From contig CAVTTN010000002.1 of assembly GCA_963737655.1 (NCBI GenBank), forward strand, positions 1,184,001 through 1,248,000: 64,000 bases of DNA, written 5' to 3'. The position numbers and the translations under genes are program-made. The notes below the pieces were generated by a model, which was given only the letters and a program-made list of their open reading frames with translations, was not told where the DNA came from and made no database searches. Shown piece after piece: positions 54,958-64,000 of this stretch (position 1 is the stretch's first letter; the number at the start of each line of letters is the position of its first letter). Source of the DNA: an uncultured Planctomycetota bacterium (GTDB taxonomy: Bacteria; Planctomycetota; Planctomycetia; Isosphaerales; Isosphaeraceae).

Positions 54958-55038
54958 CCGGCGGGCGCCCCTTGGTCGATCGGTGGGGCGATGGTAGGGT
55001 GGGCGGTCGATCGAACCCGACCCCACGGAGCCTCTCCC

Positions 55039-56907
55039 ATGCATGCCTTCCTGACCCTCGTCCTGGCCGTCGCCTCGGTCGCGAGGGCCGACGATCGCCC
55101 CGACGTGGTCCTCGCCGATTTCGAGGCGGACACTTACGGCGCCTGGGCCGTGACCGGCGAGGCGTTCGGACCCGGGCCGGCCCGGGGTGGGCTGCCGGGA
55201 CAGATGGCCGTCGGGGGGTATCTCGGGGATCGTCTGGTGAACACGTTCTACAAGGGCGACGACGCCGAGGGGACACTGACGTCCCCCGAGTTCGTCGTCG
55301 ATCGCAAGAACCTGAACTTCCTGATCGGCGGCGGCCATCACCCCGGCGACCTGGCCATCCGCCTCTTGATCGACGGGAAGGCGGCGAGGGAAGCCACCGG
55401 GACCGACTCCGAGTTCCTCCGCTGGATGGCGTGGGACGTGGCCGAATTCCGGGGCAAGGCGGCGCGAATCGAGATCCTCGACAGGAAACGAGGCGGATGG
55501 GGACACATCAACGTCGATCAGATCACCCTGAGCGACTCACCTCCGCCCGCCCCTCCGGACGATCGCGAGAAACTGCTGGCGAAGGCCGAGGCGGGCGATC
55601 GCGAGTGGGCCGCGAAGGCCGAGAAAGACCCGGCCCGGCCCACGTTCCACGTCGTCCCGCCCGGCGGCTGGATCAACGACCCGAATGGACCCATCTTTTA
55701 CAAGGGATATTATCACCTTTTCTATCAACACAACCCCTACGGAGACGACTGGGGGAACATGCACTGGGGGCACGTCCGCAGCAGGGACCTGGCCCACTGG
55801 GAGCGATTGCCGATCGCGCTCTGGCCGTCGAAGTCGCGGGGTGAGGATCACGTCTTCTCCGGCTGCATGACGGTCCGGAAGGATGGGACGCCGATGATCT
55901 TCTATACGAGCATCGGCAACCGTTTGCCGGAACAGTGGGCGGCCGTCCCGGAAGACGAAGATTTGATCAAGTGGAAGAAGCACCCGGCGAACCCGATCCT
56001 CGCCGAGACGCTCCACGGCAAGACGAAGGTTTCCGAGTGGCGCGACCCGTTCATTTTCGAGGCGGGGGGCCGGACGTGCATGGTCCTCGGCGGCAACCTG
56101 AACGAGAACCGCGGCGGACAGGCCGTCGTGAACGTCTATCGGGCGGTGGACGAGTCGCTGACCAAGTGGGAATACCTCGGCGTCCTGTTCACTCACCCAG
56201 ACGAGGACGTGAAGAACATCGAATGCCCCCTGTTCTTCCCGATCGGCGAGAAGTGGGTGTTGATCGTGTCGCAGGGGAGGCCGGTCCAGTGGTTCGTGGG
56301 AAGTCTGGACGCGAAGACGCTGCGATTCCGGGCCGAGAGGCGGGGCGATCTGGACCGAGGAAACTTCTACGCGCCGAACGTGGCAAGAGCGCCCGACGGC
56401 CGGACGCTTCTCTGGGGCTGGATCCCCGATTTCCCCAGAAACCAGGGCTGGAACGGCTGCCTGACCTTGCCCCGGGTGCTCACGATCGACACCAAGGGGG
56501 ATCTGGCGTCGGCCCCGGCGGAGGAGGTGGAAGTGCTGAAGAAGCCGCCGGCGAAACCGGACCCGGGCGACGCGATCGAGCTCGTTTCGGGCCTGGACGT
56601 CAAGGCCGAGGGGACCGTGTCCCTGGAGCTGCGAAAGGGCGTGGCCGTCTCGTTCGACGGCAAGAGCCTGGACGTGGCCGGGGCGGCCGTCCCGATCGCC
56701 CTGCCGGCGGGCAAGACGTCGCTGGGTCTTCGCGTCTTCCTCGATCATTCGGTGCTGGAGGTCTACACCGACACCGGCCTGGCCGTCTCGCGGGTCGTCC
56801 CGATGGGACCCACCCATGCGAACGTCAAGACCTCCGCACGCGGAGGCTCGGCCACGGGCTCGATACTCGGACCCTGGCCGATGGAGTCGATCTGGTCGAA
56901 GAAGTGA
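55039..56907 (+). CDS. Glycoside hydrolase family 32 with N-terminal accessory domain
   Basis: WINDPNG, MHWGH, FSG, WRDP, IECP, FLDHSVLEV. Confidence 0.93.
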   Translation: MHAFLTLVLAVASVARADDRPDVVLADFEADTYGAWAVTGEAFGPGPARGGLPGQMAVGGYLGDRLVNTFYKGDDAEGTLTSPEFVVDRKNLNFLIGGGHHPGDLAIRLLIDGKAAREATGTDSEFLRWMAWDVAEFRGKAARIEILDRKRGGWGHINVDQITLSDSPPPAPPDDREKLLAKAEAGDREWAAKAEKDPARPTFHVVPPGGWINDPNGPIFYKGYYHLFYQHNPYGDDWGNMHWGHVRSRDLAHWERLPIALWPSKSRGEDHVFSGCMTVRKDGTPMIFYTSIGNRLPEQWAAVPEDEDLIKWKKHPANPILAETLHGKTKVSEWRDPFIFEAGGRTCMVLGGNLNENRGGQAVVNVYRAVDESLTKWEYLGVLFTHPDEDVKNIECPLFFPIGEKWVLIVSQGRPVQWFVGSLDAKTLRFRAERRGDLDRGNFYAPNVARAPDGRTLLWGWIPDFPRNQGWNGCLTLPRVLTIDTKGDLASAPAEEVEVLKKPPAKPDPGDAIELVSGLDVKAEGTVSLELRKGVAVSFDGKSLDVAGAAVPIALPAGKTSLGLRVFLDHSVLEVYTDTGLAVSRVVPMGPTHANVKTSARGGSATGSILGPWPMESIWSKK

Positions 56908-56935
56908 TCAAGAACCGCGACGACGTCCCGACCGT

Positions 56936-58156
56936 TCAATCCACCTTCCCGCGAGCCGCGAGGGCGTCTTCATACAGTTGGAGGATCTGCGGGAGGCAGA
57001 CCTCCAGGCTGTATTTCTCGCGGATCATCGCCAGGCCACCGGGTCCGAGGTGGCGGTATTCGTCGGGCCGGTCGAGGACATCCTCGGCCATGTCGGCGAG
57101 CCGGGCGGCGTCGAAGAAGTCGCAGAGGAGGCCGTTCTCTCCGTGGCGGATCATCTCGCGGACCGGGGCCGTGTCCGAGGCGAGCACCGTCGCCGAGCAG
57201 GCCAGGGCGTCCATCAACGACCAGGAAAGAACAAAGGGTACGGTTAAGTAGACGTGCAGATTCGTGAGCGAGAACAGTCGGGCAAGGTCGGGCGGAGGGA
57301 GGAGGCCGGTGAAGAGGAACCGGGAGAGGTCGTAGGAGTCTCGCGAGAGGACCCACTCCTTGAACGTCATGTCGCCGATGTGCCGCTGGTCGCCTCCGTA
57401 GCAGATGCGGTCCTGCCCCACGACGACGAACAGGACGTCCTTCCGCCGGTCGCCGAGGACTTTGGCCATCTTCATGAAGATGTCGAACCCTCGCATCGAC
57501 TCCATCCCGCGGGCCACATAAGTGATGATCTTCATGTCGTCGGGGATGACCCGGTCGCCGAACTGCCGGGAGGCCCCTTCGATCGGTCGCCAGACCTGGG
57601 TGTCCACGCCGTCGAAGATCGGGCGGACCTTGTCGTGGAAGAGTTTGGGGAGCTGCGCCCTTTGCCAGAGCGTGGGGCTGTAGCCGACGTCGCAGTTTTC
57701 CAGGTCGAGCAGGAGCATCGCGTTGCGGGCCTTGGCCCGCAGGCCGTCGATCTCGGGGCAGGGGAAATCGGGCCGGAAGTCCATGTCCGAGTTCTTGGTG
57801 TGATAGAAATACTCGAAATAGTTAATGATCGGGCAATCGTACAATTCGCGCAGGAACAAGGTCGAACCGAAGCCGGAGTGGCCGACGACGAGGTCGGGCT
57901 TGATGTCGGGGCGTTCGCGGAGGGCCTCGTACACCGCGTGGGTGTGCCACACGGCGTTCTCGAAGGTCCGGCTGCAATAGTGGACCTGCGGAGTCGCGCC
58001 ACCCTGGACGCGATACTGGATCTTCTCCACACCGCCGAACCAGCCCGGGGGCCTCTCGGAGACGAACGTGCAGCGCATCCCGAGATGGCGGTCGAGGTGG
58101 GCCGCGATATGGCCGAACTGCGCCGGGAAGTTCTGGTGGACGAAGAGGACGTGCAT
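56936..58156 (-). CDS. Glycosyltransferase family 4
   Basis: [38 protein letters not shown]. Confidence 0.92.
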   Translation of the reverse strand: MHVLFVHQNFPAQFGHIAAHLDRHLGMRCTFVSERPPGWFGGVEKIQYRVQGGATPQVHYCSRTFENAVWHTHAVYEALRERPDIKPDLVVGHSGFGSTLFLRELYDCPIINYFEYFYHTKNSDMDFRPDFPCPEIDGLRAKARNAMLLLDLENCDVGYSPTLWQRAQLPKLFHDKVRPIFDGVDTQVWRPIEGASRQFGDRVIPDDMKIITYVARGMESMRGFDIFMKMAKVLGDRRKDVLFVVVGQDRICYGGDQRHIGDMTFKEWVLSRDSYDLSRFLFTGLLPPPDLARLFSLTNLHVYLTVPFVLSWSLMDALACSATVLASDTAPVREMIRHGENGLLCDFFDAARLADMAEDVLDRPDEYRHLGPGGLAMIREKYSLEVCLPQILQLYEDALAARGKVD

Positions 58157-58160
58157 TTGG

Positions 58161-58258
58161 GAGTGGGCAGAAAGCAGTGGGCAGTGGGCAGTGGGCAGAA
58201 AGCAGTGGGCAGTGGGCAGTGGGCAGTGGGCAGTGGGCAGTGGGCAGTGGGCAGTGGA
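58161..58258. repeat. Heptamer array (CAGTGGG)~14
   Basis: 14 units including two CAGAAAG variants; inverted relative to 58672-58838. Confidence 0.97.
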
Positions 58259-58260
58259 GT

Positions 58261-58638
58261 TTATACTTCGAACTGGGCTTTGTGGTCCAGCCTGGCGATG
58301 AGTCCGTTGAGGAGTCTTCCAACTTCGGAGGCCCTGGCTAGGAGGTCGTTCGTGGGGTCATCCTCCAGGAATTCGAGGCGATTTGCGATCATCACGTGCG
58401 TTTCGACTTCGCGGAGCGAACCGTGGGCGATCCAGAGGAACCGGAGGAAGTCGCGGGTCGTCTCGCGTCCCTGGCCCTCGGCGATGTTGGATGGTATCGA
58501 CACGACCGCTCGACGCAACTGGCTCGTGAGCCCGAATCGCTCCTCGCTCGGGAATGGCCGGGTGGCACGATAGATCCACTCCACCAGGTCCATCGCCCGT
58601 TGCCAGACGATCAAATCCTGATAATTTCGAACCGTCAT
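58261..58638 (-). CDS. Four helix bundle protein (23S rRNA IVS protein / Avd-like family)
   Basis: [46 protein letters not shown]; 125 aa. Confidence 0.95.
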   Translation of the reverse strand: MTVRNYQDLIVWQRAMDLVEWIYRATRPFPSEERFGLTSQLRRAVVSIPSNIAEGQGRETTRDFLRFLWIAHGSLREVETHVMIANRLEFLEDDPTNDLLARASEVGRLLNGLIARLDHKAQFEV

Positions 58639-58671
58639 ACCATGAACTCCAATAAGAGAACGCAATCCGGT

Positions 58672-58838
58672 CACTGCCCACTGCCCACTGCCCACTGCCC
58701 ACTGCCCACTGCCCACTGCCCACTGCCCACTGCCCACTGCCCACTGCCCACTGCCCACTGCCCACTGCCCACTGCCCACTGCCCACTGCCCACTGCCCAC
58801 TGCCCACTGCCCACTGCCCACTGCCCACTGCCCACTGC
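58672..58838. repeat. Heptamer array (CACTGCC)~24
   Basis: Perfect tandem of 23 full units plus a 6-nt partial unit that overlaps the upstream stop codon. Confidence 0.97.
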
Positions 58839-59701
58839 TACGTGCGGATCAGCCCGATAAACCCCGTCCCAGAGTGCTCGATTTCGAGGAACGAGGCATT
58901 CTCCGGGGCGGGTTTGTAAATCGTGAAGGCTCGCATGACTCCGAGGGTGGCGGCGCTTTCCAGAGGGCCGATGAAACGGGTGTCTCGGTCGAGAAAATCG
59001 GGGCGGTCGGACCAGGTTTTCATCTGATCCGCACTCAGGAAATAGCAGCCCGAGTGAGGGTTTGCCGGGCGGAGGAAGGCGACGTCCCGGTTGAGGACCT
59101 TGCTCCTCAGCGCGGGCTCGTCGCCGATGTCGCGGAACCGGGCAATCACGTGATCGGCGAGGTCTCCGTCAATGTACGCCTTGTGGACGAGGCCGCCTCT
59201 CGCCAGCTCGAAGCGGTTGGGCATGAGGAGCTTTTCGGGGCCGAGGTGGCCGTGGAACCAGGCGAGCTTGGCGAAGAACCAGGGGTCGCGGACGATCAGG
59301 TCGTCTTCGAGGTAGCAATAATAGTCGAACTGGCCGAGGGCGTCTCCGAGGATCTCCCGGCAGGCGAAGCCGAGGAACATCGGGTCGAGGTCGGGCTCGG
59401 CCGGGCGGTGCTCGATCAGGGAAGGGTCGATCGGCAGGGCGCCAAGGAGGTGTTTGTCGCCGACGGTGCGGACGACGACGTGGACGTCGGCGACCATCGG
59501 CCGGTTGATCGGCCGGGTGACCTTGCGGCCGATGTCGATGGTGGATTGGGTCCGGTCGAAGTGCTGGAACAGGGCGGCGACGCACGAGGCGAGGGCCTCG
59601 GCGCGGGGCCTCGGGTCCTTCGCCACGGAGCCGTGGGCGCGGCCGTCCCCGGCCTGGCCGAGGGCGTCGAAATAATGAGGGATGACCGCGAGGATTCGCA
59701 T
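58838..59701 (-). CDS. Putative glycosyltransferase-like protein
   Basis: [19 protein letters not shown] (EDD motif), [14 protein letters not shown]; co-oriented with the GT4 gene. Confidence 0.65.
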   Translation of the reverse strand: MRILAVIPHYFDALGQAGDGRAHGSVAKDPRPRAEALASCVAALFQHFDRTQSTIDIGRKVTRPINRPMVADVHVVVRTVGDKHLLGALPIDPSLIEHRPAEPDLDPMFLGFACREILGDALGQFDYYCYLEDDLIVRDPWFFAKLAWFHGHLGPEKLLMPNRFELARGGLVHKAYIDGDLADHVIARFRDIGDEPALRSKVLNRDVAFLRPANPHSGCYFLSADQMKTWSDRPDFLDRDTRFIGPLESAATLGVMRAFTIYKPAPENASFLEIEHSGTGFIGLIRT

Positions 59702-59786
59702 TGCGGGGCGGTGTGGGTCGATTCCGATCGTGGGCGAATGACCGGGGCGGGGCGGGCCCGCCCCCGGATGACGCACTTCCAGAACT

Positions 59787-62786
59787 CTACTTTCGGAGTC
59801 CCTGGAGGATCTGGTCGAACTCGGGGTCGGGCTGGATGGGGTAGATGTCGGGCTCGGCCACGAGTTCGTCGGCGCTCTTCCAGCCGTGGGCGATGGCGTC
59901 GCGGAGGGCCTTGAAGGAGGCGTCTCGGTAGCGCTTGACGAGGGACTCGTCGGGGGGATTGGCCGCCTTCGCCGCCCCGTAGCAGAGGGCGTAGCCGCAG
60001 GCGATGTCCTTGAGGATCAGGGCGTTCTCGGGCGGGTTCTTGAGGACGTCGTCGGCGATCTTCGCGGCCTCGGCGTGCTCCCGGCATCGGGCCAGGATGA
60101 GCATGAGCTCGATCTCGGCCACCCTCCGCGGGTCGCCCTTGGCCGAGGGCTCGGCGGCGAGCTCTCGGCGGAGGTCCAGGCACTTGCGATACATCTTGTC
60201 CGACTCTTCGAGGGCGTTGGCCTCCAGGCAGGCGGTGGCGTAGTAATACAGGGCCAGGGCGAAGTCGCTCTTGGCCCGGGTGTTGTTCGGGTCGGCCTGG
60301 AAGCGGCTCTTGAAGCCCAGGGCGGCCTTGAAGTACATGTCCTTCGCCTTGGCCGGGTCCTTGGGGGCGAAGAGGAGGAAGGCGGTGCCGAACTTCTGGT
60401 AGGACAGGAGGATGTCCCGGCCGACCTGGGCGTGGCCTTCGAACTCCTTGGCGAGGTCCTGGCGGACCTCGTAGCTCCTCTCGTAGTAGCGGCGGCCGTC
60501 CTCGACCTTGCCGAGTCGGAGGCTGTAGAGGTCGCCCAGGGCGTCGTACAGGCCGGCGAGTTCGCGACGGGCCTCGCTGTCCCGGGCGGCGTCGATCGAG
60601 AGGGATTCGCGGAGGGTGACCTCCTGCTCGTATAGGGGCCTGGCGGCCAGGGGGTCGCCGGCGACCTGTTCGAGCCGGGCCAGGGCGCCCAGGGCGTTGG
60701 CCACGGCCCTCTTGGCCACGTCGTCCTGCGGCCACTTCTCCAGCCAGTGGCGGCGGATCTCCAGGGCCTCCGCGTAGTACTTCCGGGCCTCGGCCACGTC
60801 CGAGCGGACCCGGAACATGTAGTCGCCCATGGTGTACTTGCTGGAGGCCTTGTTCTTCAGGGCGGCCAGGTCGGTGGGGTCGAGCTTGTACAGGGCCTCG
60901 GTCAATCGCTCCATCTCCTGGAGCTCGGGGAGGATCTTCTTGACCTCCTCGCCCCCCTGGAGCATGAAGACCTCGGCGCGGGCCTGGTGGATGCCGGCGA
61001 GGGTCCGGTTGACCATCGCGTCGGACTCTCGGCTGCCGGCCCCCTTGGCGCGGAGCTCGTCCATCACGCCCACGGCTCGGGCCATGCTCATCTGCGTGAC
61101 CTTGAGCATCTCCTTGCGGACGTCATCGGTGCCCGGGATGTCGCGGAGCCTCATGTTGGCCAGGACGCTGACGTACCTCTGGGCCTCGATCATCGTGTCG
61201 GTCTGGCCGATGGCCGCCTGGGCGATCTCGTGGGCCTCTCGCTCTCGCTTCAGGGCCAGGTCCTCGTTGTCCTTGGCCCTCTTCTCGTTCTGCTGGGCGA
61301 GGGTCTTGGCGTCGTCGGCGGCCTTCTTGGCGACGGTCAGCGCGTCGTTCTTCTCCTTGAAGACGACGGCGGCGCCGAGGGCCACGCCGGTGGTCACGAC
61401 CATCATCGAGGCCACCGCGGCGATCGAGGCGGCGATCTTCGGGTTTCGCCGGCACCATCGCCAGGCCCGTTCGGGGGCCGACACGGGGCGGGCGAGGATC
61501 GGCTCGCCGTTGAGGTAGCGCTCCAGGTCGGCGGCCATCCCGCCGACGTCCTCGTACCGCTTCTTCGGGTCTTTTTGGAGGGCCTTCAGCGAGATCGTTT
61601 CCAGGTCCTTCGGCACCTTCGGCTGGAGCCGGGTGGGCGGGACGGGCTCCTGGTTGCGGACCTGTTCGAGGGTATCGAGCGGGTTGGCGCCCTGATAGGG
61701 GGGGCGGCCGGTGAGCATCTCGTAGAGGATGGCGCCGATGGCGTGCTGGTCGGCCAGGGGGCCGATCTCGCCGGTCTTGCCCCAGGCCTGCTCCGGGGCC
61801 ATGTACGACGGCGTGCCCATGATGGCGCCGTCGCGGGTCTGCTGGCTGTCCCCTTCGAGCCGCTTGGCGAGGCCGAAGTCGGTGATCTTGGGATCGCCGT
61901 TCTTGGTCATCAGGACGTTGGCGGGCTTCAGGTCGCGGTGGATGATGCCTTGCTGGTGGGCGAAGTGCATCGCCTCGGCCAGGGTCTTGACGATCTTGGC
62001 CGCGAACCGGACGGGCTGGGGCTTGCCGCCGATGGTCTGCTGGAGGCTGCCGCCGTCGACGAATTCCAGGCTGAAGAAGGGGAGGCCGTCGCGCTCGCCG
62101 ACGTCGTGGATCTGGACGATGTGGTTATGTTTCAGGGCGGCGACGGCCTGGGCCTCGATCAGGAAGCGGGCGAGCTGGTCGGCCGAGGCGTGGGCCCCGG
62201 CGAGGACCATCTTGAGGGCGACCAGGCGGTCGAGCTTCGTCTGCCTGGCCTTGTAGACGACGCCCATGCCGCCGCGGCCGAGCTCGGAGAGCAGGGTATA
62301 GCCGGCGACCTTCGGCATGTTGTCGAAGTGGATCTCGGCCCCGCCGTGCTCGCCCGAGAGGGAGTAGGCGTTGGTCTTGCCCTCGCCGTCGAGGGTGGGC
62401 AGGGCGACCCGGGTATCGTGGAGGTCCGAGCCGGGGACCGAGCCGAAGTTCATGCCGAGGGTGTCGCCCTCGACGGGAGGCCGGGTCGATCCCGAGATCC
62501 GGGTCGAGCCGGGGGTGTGGGCGATGGTCTGGTCGGGGGCGGCGCCGAGGTGGGGCCGGGGGAAGGCCAGGTTGGTGACCTCGACGGTGGCATCGGAGGC
62601 GGCCGAGGCGAGGTCGATCGTGGCCTGGACGGTCTCGCCCCCGCCGTCGTCGGAGGGGGAGGCCGAGGCGGGCCGGGAGTGGCCGTCGAAGATCGCGGTC
62701 GCGGCGACTGTGGCGTCGTCGCCGCCGGGGCGGGGGTCTGAGGGCGGCCCGGAGGGCTTCGGCGGGGTGGCGTGCGGCCTGTTCAT
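59787..62786 (-). CDS. Ser/Thr protein kinase with TM, coiled coil and TPR-like C-terminus
   Basis: [45 protein letters not shown]. Confidence 0.95.
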   Translation of the reverse strand: MNRPHATPPKPSGPPSDPRPGGDDATVAATAIFDGHSRPASASPSDDGGGETVQATIDLASAASDATVEVTNLAFPRPHLGAAPDQTIAHTPGSTRISGSTRPPVEGDTLGMNFGSVPGSDLHDTRVALPTLDGEGKTNAYSLSGEHGGAEIHFDNMPKVAGYTLLSELGRGGMGVVYKARQTKLDRLVALKMVLAGAHASADQLARFLIEAQAVAALKHNHIVQIHDVGERDGLPFFSLEFVDGGSLQQTIGGKPQPVRFAAKIVKTLAEAMHFAHQQGIIHRDLKPANVLMTKNGDPKITDFGLAKRLEGDSQQTRDGAIMGTPSYMAPEQAWGKTGEIGPLADQHAIGAILYEMLTGRPPYQGANPLDTLEQVRNQEPVPPTRLQPKVPKDLETISLKALQKDPKKRYEDVGGMAADLERYLNGEPILARPVSAPERAWRWCRRNPKIAASIAAVASMMVVTTGVALGAAVVFKEKNDALTVAKKAADDAKTLAQQNEKRAKDNEDLALKREREAHEIAQAAIGQTDTMIEAQRYVSVLANMRLRDIPGTDDVRKEMLKVTQMSMARAVGVMDELRAKGAGSRESDAMVNRTLAGIHQARAEVFMLQGGEEVKKILPELQEMERLTEALYKLDPTDLAALKNKASSKYTMGDYMFRVRSDVAEARKYYAEALEIRRHWLEKWPQDDVAKRAVANALGALARLEQVAGDPLAARPLYEQEVTLRESLSIDAARDSEARRELAGLYDALGDLYSLRLGKVEDGRRYYERSYEVRQDLAKEFEGHAQVGRDILLSYQKFGTAFLLFAPKDPAKAKDMYFKAALGFKSRFQADPNNTRAKSDFALALYYYATACLEANALEESDKMYRKCLDLRRELAAEPSAKGDPRRVAEIELMLILARCREHAEAAKIADDVLKNPPENALILKDIACGYALCYGAAKAANPPDESLVKRYRDASFKALRDAIAHGWKSADELVAEPDIYPIQPDPEFDQILQGLRK

Positions 62787-63364
62787 AACGGCCTCCTGAG
62801 GACCCCCGAGGCGGCGACGGCTCCGGGGCGGATTCGGGGCGCGGACTCTCCACCGAGCTCTCGTGCGACTTCCACATATACGGACCCCGAGGCCCGCCGT
62901 ACAGGAGAAAGTTTCCGAATCCGCTCATGATCGGGAAAAACCCGTTCATGAGCGTTTTTTTCTTGTCAACGAGCGAGTTCGCGTCCTAGACTGGTCACCC
63001 GGAGCCGATTGAAGATCCTTCCGGCGCAGGCGGAGGGCCCGGATCGGGGAATGAGCCTTCCTGACCCGACGACGGGTCCGGCCGGCTTCTCAGGCGATCC
63101 ACGGCGGGCCGCCCGGCGAAGGATGCCCCCCCCACGATCACGCCTCGGTCGCCTTTCGGCGCGATGTGCCACGGTCCCCGACGTCGGATTGCCCCGGGAT
63201 GGGCCACGCGTCCCTCTCGCCTCCCGAGCGGTCGAACGGCTCCCAGATCGGCCTATTTATGCGGCGGCGCCCGGCCGAGCGCCCCCCGTCCGCCTTCGAA
63301 GCCCCGCCACGACGGCGACGCCCCGGAACGAATCCTCTCCCCGACGATGACGGAGCCCCTCGAG

Positions 63365-64000
63365 ATGTCTTCCAAGAGCCGGGATCGCTTCTGGGAACTC
63401 GCCCGACGGGGCCGCTCCTCCCGTCGCCAGAATACGAAGAAAATCGACCGCGCCGCCCAGATCGAGCGGCTGGCGGAATTGGAGCCGCGCCTCCTGCTCT
63501 CGAATTTTAGCGTGACGAACAACGCCGATACCGGCCCGGGGTCGCTCCGCAATGCGATCACCTCGGCGAATGCAACGCCCGGCAGCTCGATCGGGTTCAG
63601 CCTGCCGTCGGGCCAGCTGACGATCACCCCGGCCACGGCCCTGCCGGCGATCGCCGCCAGCACGATCATCGACGCCACGAGCCAGAGCGGCTACGGCTCC
63701 AGCCCGCTCGTGACGCTCGACGGCGCCTCGCTCGGCTCGACCGGGATCGGCCTCCAGCTCTCCGCCGCGAACACGACGGTCAAGGGCCTGGCGATCGTCG
63801 ACTTCGGCAACATCGGCCTCCAGATCTCGGCCTCCGGGACCACGAACGACGTGATCCAGGGGGACTACTTCGGGCTGAAGACCGACGCCACGACGGCCGC
63901 GCCGAACAAGTACGGCCTCACCATCAACGGCTCGGGCAACACCATCGGCGGCGGCGGCACGGCGCAGATGGATATCATCTCGGGCAACACGAACAACGGG
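63365..64000 (+). CDS. Large secreted/surface protein with planctomycete LEPRxLL motif (runs off the window)
   Basis: Read directly from the sequence: MSSKSRDRFW...ELEPRLLLSNFSVTNNADTGPGSLRNAI...; beta-helix-like Gly/Asn/Thr repeats; open to the end of the window. Confidence 0.88.
   Translation, partial: MSSKSRDRFWELARRGRSSRRQNTKKIDRAAQIERLAELEPRLLLSNFSVTNNADTGPGSLRNAITSANATPGSSIGFSLPSGQLTITPATALPAIAASTIIDATSQSGYGSSPLVTLDGASLGSTGIGLQLSAANTTVKGLAIVDFGNIGLQISASGTTNDVIQGDYFGLKTDATTAAPNKYGLTINGSGNTIGGGGTAQMDIISGNTNNG

Noticed and set aside
58261..58638. Diversity-generating retroelement suggested by the Avd-like protein
   Set aside because: There is no reverse transcriptase and no TR/VR pair with adenine-specific mismatches seen in the window.
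58261..58860. ORFs with GSGQWAV / HCPLPTA repeats, and SVVSCQL ORFs at 41125-41450
   Set aside because: These are translations of heptamer DNA arrays; the real four-helix ORF starts at ATG 58638.

Overview
A GC-rich chromosomal window from a planctomycete, most likely Isosphaeraceae-like. The evidence is a DUF1559 H-X9-DG prepilin, an LEPRxLL secreted protein, an ECF sigma factor coupled to a Ser/Thr kinase, and LRR paralogs. It holds about 45 genes: tyrS, nadE, a glycine-betaine-type ABC transporter, many secreted hydrolases and peptidases, two Ser/Thr kinases, a nucleotide cyclase and glycosyltransferases. About 16 single-base frameshifts split otherwise intact genes, and those I inspected lie in G/C runs; I read them as long-read assembly errors rather than pseudogenes. 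Three things are not explained by housekeeping content. (1) A four-helix-bundle (IVS/Avd-like) gene is bracketed by long inverted heptamer arrays and fills exactly the gap between a stop codon and a start codon in a glycosyltransferase operon; a second, gene-less element with a related heptamer wraps a REP doublet. (2) A lower-GC three-gene islet encodes a TIR-like protein, an uncharacterised multidomain protein and a small ADP-ribosyltransferase-like protein, and looks like a defence or toxin-antitoxin module. (3) At least five distinct palindromic REP/REPIN-like families sit in intergenic spaces, several overlapping stop codons, with no transposase in the window. No rRNA, tRNA or CRISPR array was found. 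All family assignments come from motif recognition, not database searches.
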